Shown piece after piece: positions 38,815 through 47,208 of a stretch of DNA of 64,000 nt. This stretch comes from Cytobacillus sp. (GTDB taxonomy: Bacteria > Bacillota > Bacilli > Bacillales > Cytobacillaceae): NCBI RefSeq assembly GCF_032154635.1, contig NZ_JALDXW010000008.1, positions 55,568-119,567 of the forward strand. Direction: 5' to 3'. The notes below the pieces were generated by a model. It searched no databases, was not told the DNA's origin, and saw nothing but the letters and a program-made list of their open reading frames with translations. The translations under genes and the position numbers were made by a program. Numbering within the stretch: the stretch's first letter is position 1; each line of letters starts with the position of its first letter.

Positions 38815-39108
38815 ATGCCAAATAATATGGAGGGGCGCGGGTTAACGGATCGAGAAATGCTGCAGCTTTGCCTAGAATTGGAGAAAGGCAGATGCCGTAG
38901 CATTAGTAATACCATGCTAGAAACAAGTCATAAGGATTTGCGGGATATTTATCATCAGTGTTTTAATAATGCCAATACCAATCAATATAAGCTCTATGAA
39001 AGAATGGACGAAAAAGGCTGGTATAAAACAGAGATAGCATCAGCAGAAGATGTACACAAGATACAAGAATTCATGCAAAATAATCTACACCCTGACAATC
39101 AGTTTTAA
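38815..39108 (+). CDS. Coat F domain spore coat protein (YraD/YraF-like)
   Basis: LTDREMLQLCLELEKGRCRSISNTMLETSHKDLRDIY pattern. Confidence 0.6.
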   Translation: MPNNMEGRGLTDREMLQLCLELEKGRCRSISNTMLETSHKDLRDIYHQCFNNANTNQYKLYERMDEKGWYKTEIASAEDVHKIQEFMQNNLHPDNQF

Positions 39109-39271
39109 TGAAAAACCCCTTGCAAAATGGATTTCCCTCCTTTTCAATGGGTTTTTCATGCATTTAATACCAGCCCCAAATGATGTAATGTATCTCCTGT
39201 TCTTTTAGCGGCAAGCTAAAATTGTGCATGTTAGAAAGGAGCACAATATGAACATACTCAGGAGGATAAAA

Positions 39272-39784
39272 ATGGGGATATTAAGTGGAAATCCGAAAGA
39301 AGAACCAATGCATTACGGTGAGGTTTTTGGTACATGGTCTTTTCTAATGGCGGCAAAAGGACTAATTGTTTGCCACCAAACCCACTTAAATCATGCGGGT
39401 GATGAAGACTTACAAAAATTGCTTGAAGAAGCCATTCAGCTTGGGCAACAAGAGGTTAAACAAATTGAAACATTATTAAAAGAAAATGGTGTTGGTTTGC
39501 CTCCAACTCCTCCCGAACGTCCAAATGCATGTATAGAGGATATCCCAACTGGAGCACGCTTTCTTGACCAGGAAATAGCTGCTGCCCTTGCATTAGATAA
39601 TGCAGCAGGATTAGTTTCATGCAGTAAAATCATTGGGGAGTCCATTCGAGAAGACATTGCAGCAATGTTTGGACAAATTCATGTTCAAAAGGCAGTGCTT
39701 GGTGCAAAAGTTCTTCGACTTAATAAGGAAAAAGGCTGGTTAATACCGCCTCCTCTTCACCTAAATAAAACTGGCGATTGCTAA
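39272..39784 (+). CDS. DUF3231 family protein (single-domain form)
   Basis: PMHYGEVFGTWSFLMAAKG..., LPPTPPERP. ATG at 39272 follows AGGAGG. Confidence 0.6.
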   Translation: MGILSGNPKEEPMHYGEVFGTWSFLMAAKGLIVCHQTHLNHAGDEDLQKLLEEAIQLGQQEVKQIETLLKENGVGLPPTPPERPNACIEDIPTGARFLDQEIAAALALDNAAGLVSCSKIIGESIREDIAAMFGQIHVQKAVLGAKVLRLNKEKGWLIPPPLHLNKTGDC

Positions 39785-39797
39785 CAATCATCAAGTT

Positions 39798-39836
39798 AAA
39801 AAAGCAGACCTTTTAGATCAAGGTCTGCTTAACTTT
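39798..39836. terminator. Bidirectional terminator
   Basis: AAGCAGACCT/AGGTCTGCTT stem. Confidence 0.8.
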
Positions 39837-39837
39837 T

Positions 39838-40557
39838 CTATTCTCCTAAATCTACATTATGATACACTTGTTGAACATCCTCTAAATCTTCTAGTGCATC
39901 AATCATTTTTTCGAATTTTGCCTGGGCATCCTCTGAAAGAGTTACATCATTTTGAGCTAGCATTGTTTGTTCTGCTACTGTAAATTCAGTAATTCCTACA
40001 TTTTTAAACGCTTCTTGTACCGCATGGAATTGATCAGGATCTGCATAAACAATCACTGATTCGTCCTCTTCAACAATATCACGAACGTCTACGTCTGCTT
40101 CCATTAAAATTTCAAGCACTTCATCTGCTGTTTTGCCCTCTAGTCCAATAACAGCAGTCGCATCAAACATATAGGCAACAGACCCACTCACGCCCATGTT
40201 TCCGCCATTTTTTCCGAATGCTGCGCGTACATCTGCAGCAGTACGGTTGACGTTATTTGTTAATGCATCAACAATGACCATTGATCCATTTGGTCCAAAG
40301 CCTTCATAGCGAAGTTCGTCATAGTTTTCCTCTGATCCGCCCTTTGCTTTTTCTATTGCACGGTCGATAATATGTTTAGGCACATTATATGTTTTTGCGC
40401 GTTCTAAGGTAAACTTTAAGGCCTGATTGGCTTCAGGATCCGGCTCTCCTTGTCTGGCAACTACATAAATCTCCCGACCAAATTTTGCGTAAATTCGACT
40501 TGTATTTGCGTCTTTTGCTGCCTTTTTCTCTTTAATATTATTCCATTTACGACCCAT
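39838..40557 (-). CDS. YebC/PmpR family DNA-binding regulator (YeeI-like)
   Basis: [31 protein letters not shown] is near-identical in pattern to the B. subtilis paralogue. Confidence 0.9.
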   Translation of the reverse strand: MGRKWNNIKEKKAAKDANTSRIYAKFGREIYVVARQGEPDPEANQALKFTLERAKTYNVPKHIIDRAIEKAKGGSEENYDELRYEGFGPNGSMVIVDALTNNVNRTAADVRAAFGKNGGNMGVSGSVAYMFDATAVIGLEGKTADEVLEILMEADVDVRDIVEEDESVIVYADPDQFHAVQEAFKNVGITEFTVAEQTMLAQNDVTLSEDAQAKFEKMIDALEDLEDVQQVYHNVDLGE

Positions 40558-40745
40558 AATGAACACTCACTTTCGAGATTGAATCAAAATTTAATATGAA
40601 CTGGGTGCTTCGTCAAACCATTCATATTGATTAATAAATTACACCTTGGCATCTACCACTAAATTATTTTATACCTATTTGATTCATTTGTTAAGTTATA
40701 TATTCAAAAAAAAAGAGCTGCATATGCAACTCCTTTTTTCTTCCC

Positions 40746-40886
40746 TTATTGCCCTTGTGCACCATTAGAAGTAACTCTTCGAACATGGCCATCTTCAAAG
40801 TTGTTTTTTCGAAGAGCATCGACCTTGTCATTTAATAATTTCTTTTGATCAACTTCTGCAGATGGTGTTTGTTTGTTTTTTGACAT
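40746..40886 (-). CDS. Unannotated small hydrophilic protein, 46 aa
   Basis: ATG at 40886 follows GGGGGAG. MSKNKQTPSAEVDQKKLLNDKVDALRKNNFEDGHVRRVTSNGAQGQ. Hairpin plus U-run downstream at about 40707..40740. Confidence 0.5.
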   Translation of the reverse strand: MSKNKQTPSAEVDQKKLLNDKVDALRKNNFEDGHVRRVTSNGAQGQ

Positions 40887-41020
40887 TATATCTCCCCCTT
40901 ATTACTTTTGCATGCATTATTATTTTGCTTATTCCTTATAAAATTAATCATCTGTCTGTTAAAAAACGATCTACATAAAATTTAGCGAAATAAGCAACCT
41001 AATTGAAAGGAGGTGTCCAA

Positions 41021-41227
41021 ATGTCAGAACCAAGACAACCAGGCAATAAGGATCTTCCCGATTTTAATGAGCTAAATGATCGAATAATAGCCGAACGAAG
41101 AACGTCCGGACCAATAGTAGAAATAAAAACTAATTTAGATCCTAAAGATTCAACGATTGATAATCCATACATTCAAAACAAATATAATACCGATTTAAAA
41201 GCTTTTAGAGACTTCTTTGAAGAATAA
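41021..41227 (+). CDS. Hypothetical 68-aa hydrophilic protein
   Basis: ATG follows GAAAGGAGGTG. Terminator at about 41234..41268. Confidence 0.55.
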   Translation: MSEPRQPGNKDLPDFNELNDRIIAERRTSGPIVEIKTNLDPKDSTIDNPYIQNKYNTDLKAFRDFFEE

Positions 41228-41270
41228 ATAAGAAAAAAATCCTCAAAACAATTGAGGATTTTCCTATTTA

Positions 41271-42473
41271 TTACTGAGTTAATTGACCTCTGCCATTAAA
41301 TGCTTGCCCTTTTTGAACAGCAGAACCCAATTTTTCTTGGTAATACATCCACACCACGATAATTAAACTTGCAAGTGCGACTTGGGATAACGCCATAAAG
41401 CCGATAGCATAATGACCAGTTAAGTTAAATAAGAATGACAGCATGAGCGGTGGAAAAAATCCGCCTAAGCCTCCCATTGCAGAAACAATCCCATTGACAA
41501 TGCCGCCTTGCTTTGAGAAATACATCGGTACCAGTTTAAAAATCGTTCCATTCCCAATGCCAGCACAGAAGGCGATCGTTAAACACCCGATCGAATAAAA
41601 AGTCAATGTTGGATTAAAAGCTAATAAGATTCCTGATAAGGTTAATCCCGCAAAAACAACCATTAATATTTTAAATGAATTAAATTTATCTCCTAGCCAT
41701 CCGCCTAATGGCCGAACAAACGTTGCAATGGCAATAAATCCAGCTGTTCTTAAACCAGCATCTACTTTTTCCAGCTCAAAATGTGCGACGAGGAAGTTTG
41801 GCAGGTAAATTGTAAATGCAACAAACGCCCCAAATGTCAAAAAATAGAACAAACTTAAACACCATAGCTTTTCATTTTTATAAACGCTTTTGATTTGATC
41901 CTTAAGAGGAGTAACAACTTTTGGCTCCTTTTTATCCCCTAAGAAAAAGTTAACTGCTGCCACAACTAATACGATGATTAGGAAGAGCTGAACAGTTGTT
42001 TGCCATCCAAATCGAATGGCTAGTACTGGTGCTGAGAATGTAGTGATCGCAGTTCCAACATTCCCTACTCCGTAAATGCCGTTAACAAATCCATGCCGTT
42101 CCTTTGGATAATACTTCGGCAATGAGGTAACCCCCACCGAAAATACTGCACCACTTATTCCTAAGAATAGCCCCCCTACAAGTAAGTCGGTGAACGAGTT
42201 TGAAATACTAATGTAATAAATAGGAAACAGCAACAGAATAAAGCTAATAGAAAATAATTTTCTTGCACCAAAACGATTTGTCCAATACCCTATCGGGATC
42301 CTTAATACAGAACCAAGGACTACTGGAATTGCTGTTACTAGAGCTAATTGATTGGCTGATAAATGGATATCTTCTTTAATGAAAGGCATTAGGGCAGATA
42401 AAATGACCCATACCATAAACCCAGCAACTAAACTAAATGTTTGAAGAGGTAATTGTATCGCTTTCGATTTCAT
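41271..42473 (-). CDS. narK: Nitrate/nitrite MFS transporter
   Basis: Collinear with B. subtilis NarK as recalled (LVAGFMVWV..., LRIPIGYWTNRFGARK, SLPKYYPKE, GNGTIFKLVP). Confidence 0.9.
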   Translation of the reverse strand: MKSKAIQLPLQTFSLVAGFMVWVILSALMPFIKEDIHLSANQLALVTAIPVVLGSVLRIPIGYWTNRFGARKLFSISFILLLFPIYYISISNSFTDLLVGGLFLGISGAVFSVGVTSLPKYYPKERHGFVNGIYGVGNVGTAITTFSAPVLAIRFGWQTTVQLFLIIVLVVAAVNFFLGDKKEPKVVTPLKDQIKSVYKNEKLWCLSLFYFLTFGAFVAFTIYLPNFLVAHFELEKVDAGLRTAGFIAIATFVRPLGGWLGDKFNSFKILMVVFAGLTLSGILLAFNPTLTFYSIGCLTIAFCAGIGNGTIFKLVPMYFSKQGGIVNGIVSAMGGLGGFFPPLMLSFLFNLTGHYAIGFMALSQVALASLIIVVWMYYQEKLGSAVQKGQAFNGRGQLTQ

Positions 42474-42531
42474 TTGAAAGTTCCCCTTTCGGTTATTTGA
42501 TTACATCGTAAAAAAATTAGTTGCTATAAGA

Positions 42532-42547
42532 TGTGAAGAACTTCACA
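42532..42547. promoter_or_regulatory. Perfect FNR/CRP-type box in the narK-fnr intergenic region
   Basis: TGTGA-AGAACT-TCACA. Centred 32 nt from a minus-strand TACGAT -10 (42505..42510), about -41.5 for narK. Confidence 0.8.
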
Positions 42548-42657
42548 TCTCTTATGAAGTTCATAAATAATTCACAGCTTAAAACAGACCGTTACCTAAC
42601 CCATAGTGTTAGAATGTAGTTAACAACATGGATGTTAAAATAAAGGGTGATGAGCAT

Positions 42658-43356
42658 ATGGTTCAAACAATGAAACCAACACATTCAATTGAAATAAAAG
42701 AATTGCTCCAGCTAGCAGACCGCACGATAAAAACGGTCAAAGGGCAATATTTATTTCAAGAAGGGGAACATGCAGAAGAACTTTACTTAATTATTTCTGG
42801 TAAAGTGCAAATCAGCAAAATATCAAAGGACGGACGAGAACTTGCCTTACGGATTTGTGGTGACAATGATATTTGCGGGGAGTTAACCTTATTTACCCAT
42901 GCACCAAAATACTTACTTAGCGCACTCATACTTGAAGAAGGAGAAGTAGCAGCGATCAAAAAAGAGGTTATTGAAAGGGAAATTTTTCAAAACAGTGCAC
43001 TCGCCTTCGAATTTATGAAATGGATGAGTGACCATTTCCGTAAAACACAAACCAAATTTCGTGACCTTGTATTAAACGGGAAAAAGGGAGCATTATTCTC
43101 CACTCTTATTCGTATGACAAATAGCTATGGAATAAAAAAAAATGATGGCATTCTAATCGATCTTCCATTAACAAATCAAGAGCTTGGTAATTTTTGCGGA
43201 ACTTCAAGAGAAAGCACGAACCGAATGCTTAATGATTTAAAGCGAGAAGGAATTATTTCTATTAAGAAAAGTAAAATTACCGTTCATAATCTCAAATTCC
43301 TCAAAGAAGAAATTGGCTGTGAAAATTGCCCCGCTACTTATTGCAGCATTGAATAG
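42658..43356 (+). CDS. fnr: Bacillus-type Fnr (Crp/Fnr regulator with a C-terminal Fe-S Cys cluster)
   Basis: C-terminal GCENCPATYCSIE. Strong collinearity with B. subtilis Fnr (ALTFEFMKWMS, GKKGAL.STLIR). ATG at 42658 follows AAGGGTGA. Confidence 0.9.
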   Translation: MVQTMKPTHSIEIKELLQLADRTIKTVKGQYLFQEGEHAEELYLIISGKVQISKISKDGRELALRICGDNDICGELTLFTHAPKYLLSALILEEGEVAAIKKEVIEREIFQNSALAFEFMKWMSDHFRKTQTKFRDLVLNGKKGALFSTLIRMTNSYGIKKNDGILIDLPLTNQELGNFCGTSRESTNRMLNDLKREGIISIKKSKITVHNLKFLKEEIGCENCPATYCSIE

Positions 43357-43471
43357 GACATAGTGAAAAAGACTGGCATATAATTGTCAGTCTTCTTGTG
43401 TTGGACGTATTCTCTACCTTAAAATCATAATAAAGCAGCACAAAAATTGCGCTGCCTCTTCTTCATACCGT

Positions 43472-43780
43472 TTATTGCCCTCTCATTGTTCCGCCTGTTC
43501 CAGGAATTTGATCATCTCTATTTTCATCATATAATCGGTCATTTTGCTGCACATCCTCTAACAGCCCACGGTTTTCCCTATTATTACCATCATTTCTTGC
43601 CGGATTCATATTAGAGTCTCCCGTGTCATATCCATTATTATAGTTCTGAGGATCATAGCGGACCGGCCGATAGTTAACATCCTCCGTATCGTTCATTCTG
43701 TCGTTATTAACACCGCAAGCTGACAATAATCCGAATGAAAATACTGCAATTAGCACGGTTAGCAGAAGATTTTTCTTCAT
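43472..43780 (-). CDS. Small lipoprotein, N/D/R-rich
   Basis: Signal peptide with lipobox LLSAC. ATG at 43780 follows AGGAGGG. Confidence 0.65.
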   Translation of the reverse strand: MKKNLLLTVLIAVFSFGLLSACGVNNDRMNDTEDVNYRPVRYDPQNYNNGYDTGDSNMNPARNDGNNRENRGLLEDVQQNDRLYDENRDDQIPGTGGTMRGQ

Positions 43781-43955
43781 ATCCATTGCCCTCCTAGTCA
43801 TTTTTTCACCGAGACAATATTAATTTGCACTTTTTTCTTAATCCTAAACGTAAAATATTTAATCATCTTATCGTTTTAATTATTTGATATTTCTATTTCA
43901 AATTGCTATCCTAAAACTACAATTGAAGAGAAATGATAAGTAAAGGAGAATGTTG

Positions 43956-44780
43956 ATGAATTTTGTAACTTTAAATAATGGTTTAAAAATGCCGCAGCTC
44001 GGGTTCGGTGTTTGGCAAGTAGAAAACGACCAAGCAGAAGTTGCCGTTAAAAAAGCAATTGAAGTTGGCTATACGTCTATTGATACTGCAATGATTTATC
44101 AGAATGAAATTGGCGTCGGGAGAGCGATCCAAGCTTCTTCTGTTCCACGCGAAGAGCTTTTTATAACTACAAAAGTTTGGAATAGCGATCAAGGCTATGA
44201 AAATACATTACGTGCATTCGAAGAAAGCTTAGAAAGACTTGGTCTTAACTATGTTGATCTTTATTTGATTCATTGGCCGACACCAGAGTTCGATCAGTAT
44301 GTCGATACATATAAGGCTTTAGAAAAACTTTACCATGATGGACGTGTGAAAGCGATTGGGGTTTGTAACTTTGACATCGAGCATTTAGAGCGTATTTTGA
44401 AAGAATGTGATGTCAAGCCTGTCCTAAACCAAATTGAATGTCATCCATACCTTGATCAAAAAGAGTTGAAAGACTTTTGTGCAAAGCATGAGATTTTTGT
44501 CGAAGCATGGAGTCCTTTGCAGCAAGGAGGCGAAGTGCTAAACGAAGAAATCATTCAAAAAATAGCGAAGGACCATGAGAAATCACCAGCACAAGTCGTC
44601 TTGCGCTGGCATTTGCAAAATAACACCATCGTCATTCCAAAATCTGTAACACCAGCTAGAATTCAAGAAAACTTCAATGTATTCGATTTTGAACTTTCAT
44701 CTAATGAAATGGAAGAAATCAATAAGCTAAATCGCAACGAACGCAAAGGGCCAAAACCGAGCGAAATGAATGTGAGATAA
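43956..44780 (+). CDS. Aldo/keto reductase (YvgN/YtbE-like glyoxal reductase)
   Basis: LNNGLKMPQLGFGVWQ, IDTAMIYQNE, LYLIHWP, IPKS motifs. Confidence 0.9.
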   Translation: MNFVTLNNGLKMPQLGFGVWQVENDQAEVAVKKAIEVGYTSIDTAMIYQNEIGVGRAIQASSVPREELFITTKVWNSDQGYENTLRAFEESLERLGLNYVDLYLIHWPTPEFDQYVDTYKALEKLYHDGRVKAIGVCNFDIEHLERILKECDVKPVLNQIECHPYLDQKELKDFCAKHEIFVEAWSPLQQGGEVLNEEIIQKIAKDHEKSPAQVVLRWHLQNNTIVIPKSVTPARIQENFNVFDFELSSNEMEEINKLNRNERKGPKPSEMNVR

Positions 44781-44993
44781 GCGTTCCCTGTAATGAGGGA
44801 CATACCGCCACCAATCTCCAATAAAAAATAAAGTCAGTCCCCAGCTTACTATTAAGAGCCAGGACTGACTTATTTTTTTATCAATCTTCGAAAAGCTTTT
44901 TTCGCTGGATTCGGACTAGTAGTCATAACATTCGATTTTCTACATAAAATGTACAAGTTACATAACTTAATTTTAATGTGGAGTGGTGGATGT

Positions 44994-45629
44994 TTGAATA
45001 CCAGTATTTTATTAAGCTACATTTTATTAGGTTTTACTTTAGCAGCCCCGATCGGCCCAGTTAATTCTGCCCGTCTGGATAAAGGGATAAAGAATGGATT
45101 TTGGCATGCATGGATGGTAGGTGCTGGCTCAATGATAGCGGATGGACTCTTCATGATGATCGTTTATTTAGGAATGGTTCACTTTCTTGAGATTCCTATC
45201 ATCCAAATTTTTCTGTGGCTATTTGGCGGGTTTATCCTCATCTACACTGGCATTGAAAGTATCATCAAAGCAAGCTCTTTAATTTTAGCGGATAGCAGAG
45301 GGAAGGAATCAATCATTAAATGTTTCTTCACTGGATTTATAATGTCCATTACAAGCCCGATGTCTATACTCTTTTGGCTAGGAATTTATGGCTCCGTTTT
45401 AGCCAAAACTGCACAAACAAGCGGAACTGCGTCCCTATTAATTTATAGCAGTATGATATTTATTGGTTTAACGCTTTGGGATATTCTTGTGGCTGGTTTG
45501 ACTACAGGCTTTAGAAGATTCTTAAATAATAGAAGTCTAAAAATGATTTCCTTCATTTCTGGTTATTCCTTAATTGGTTTTGGCTTATATTTCGGATATC
45601 AAGGAATAGTCAGTCTAGTAACTGGATAA
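44994..45629 (+). CDS. LysE/RhtB family amino-acid exporter, paralogue 1
   Basis: LLGFTLAAPIGPVNSARLDKGIKNG. TTG start chosen by alignment with paralogue 2. In-frame ATGs at 44949 and 44976 lack an SD. Confidence 0.75.
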   Translation: MNTSILLSYILLGFTLAAPIGPVNSARLDKGIKNGFWHAWMVGAGSMIADGLFMMIVYLGMVHFLEIPIIQIFLWLFGGFILIYTGIESIIKASSLILADSRGKESIIKCFFTGFIMSITSPMSILFWLGIYGSVLAKTAQTSGTASLLIYSSMIFIGLTLWDILVAGLTTGFRRFLNNRSLKMISFISGYSLIGFGLYFGYQGIVSLVTG

Positions 45630-45713
45630 ATTTCATTCTTCTAGAGCTTGCATTTAGTCATAGGATGTTTAATAAATATTTCAGCCTTCCTCACGCCTCT
45701 TTTTTATTCTTTT

Positions 45714-47192
45714 CTATTTAAACTTTCGCATCATATATTTATCACATTCAATCGCCGCTTCCCTTCCTTCCTTGATCGCCCAGACAACTAAACTTTGACC
45801 TCTTCTTACATCTCCTGCAATATATAATCCATCTATATTTGTCGCATATTTTCCACTTGTTTCCTCCGTTCCAAACTGTTTTTCTTGATTGAGTGCAAAT
45901 GTACGAAGCAGCTCTTCTTCAGGACCACTAAATCCAATGGAGATTAGTACAAGATCAGCGGGCCAAATTTTTTCACTGCCAGGAATTTCTTGAATAAAAG
46001 TATTTCCATTCAGATCTGAAATTTTCTCTATTTGCACTGTGTGCAGCTCTTTCACATGTCCATTGCCATCGCTAACAAATCGCTTCGTTAAAATTGAATA
46101 TTCCCTTGGGTCCTGACCTATTTGTACACTTGCTTCTTCATATGCATAATCCATTGAGAAGGTATATGGATATTCAGGCCACGGATTAGATAATGAACGC
46201 TTCTTTGGCAACTGTGGGTGCTTACCAAACTGAACAATACTTTTACACTTATGCCGTAATGCAGTTGCGACACAATCTGCTCCTGTATCTCCCCCGCCAA
46301 TGACGATGACATCCTTTCCTTCTGCTGAAATATAAGAACGGTCAGTCAAATTAGAGTCCAGCAAACTTTTCGTATTTGCGGTTAAAAAATCCATCGCAAA
46401 ATGAATTCCCTTTAGCTCTCTTCCTTCTATTAATAATTCTCTTGGTTTTTGTGCACCCGTACAAAGAATAACTGCATCAAAATTTACAAGTAATTGATTT
46501 GCTTGAATGTCCTTTCCAATTTCCATATTTGTATGGAAATGAATGCCCTCAGCTTCTAATAATTGTACTCTACGTTGAACAATGTCTTTTTCAAGCTTCA
46601 TATTTGGGATGCCATACATGAGCAATCCCCCGATCCGATCAGAACGTTCATATACAGTCACTGAATGTCCCATTTGGTTCAATTGATCAGCACAGGCAAG
46701 CCCCGCTGGACCTGAGCCAACAATTGCTACCCTTTTACCTGTACGATTCGCCGGAGGGTTTGGAGTAATCCACCCTTCGGCGAACCCTTTATCAATAATG
46801 GCACGTTCAATGCTTTTTATAGAAACAGCAGAATCATTAATAGCTACAGTGCAGGAACCTTCACACGGTGCTGGGCATACACGACCAGTAAACTCGGGAA
46901 AATTATTTGTTTTGACTAACCTTTCAAGTGCTTCTTTCCATCTGCCACGGTAAATGAGATCATTCCATTCCGGAATTAAATTATTTGTTGGGCAGCCTAT
47001 CATTGATTTTCCTAATTGGATTCCTGTATGACAAAACGGGGTTGCACAATCCATACATCGTGCCCCTTGCTTTTCTAAACGATCTTTCGAAAGGGGCTCC
47101 TGATATTCACCCCAGTCATTTAAGCGATCACTTGGTTTTCTTTCCAGCGGAACCTCCCTGTCATATTCAATAAAACCAGTGTGCTTTCCCAT
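45714..47192 (-). CDS. gltD: Glutamate synthase small (NADPH) subunit
   Basis: Cys clusters CMDCATPFC and CPAPCEGSC, GSGPAGLACA Rossmann motif. Called gltB in Bacillus nomenclature. Confidence 0.92.
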   Translation of the reverse strand: MGKHTGFIEYDREVPLERKPSDRLNDWGEYQEPLSKDRLEKQGARCMDCATPFCHTGIQLGKSMIGCPTNNLIPEWNDLIYRGRWKEALERLVKTNNFPEFTGRVCPAPCEGSCTVAINDSAVSIKSIERAIIDKGFAEGWITPNPPANRTGKRVAIVGSGPAGLACADQLNQMGHSVTVYERSDRIGGLLMYGIPNMKLEKDIVQRRVQLLEAEGIHFHTNMEIGKDIQANQLLVNFDAVILCTGAQKPRELLIEGRELKGIHFAMDFLTANTKSLLDSNLTDRSYISAEGKDVIVIGGGDTGADCVATALRHKCKSIVQFGKHPQLPKKRSLSNPWPEYPYTFSMDYAYEEASVQIGQDPREYSILTKRFVSDGNGHVKELHTVQIEKISDLNGNTFIQEIPGSEKIWPADLVLISIGFSGPEEELLRTFALNQEKQFGTEETSGKYATNIDGLYIAGDVRRGQSLVVWAIKEGREAAIECDKYMMRKFK

Positions 47193-47208
47193 TGAGCCAC
47201 CCCTTTCA

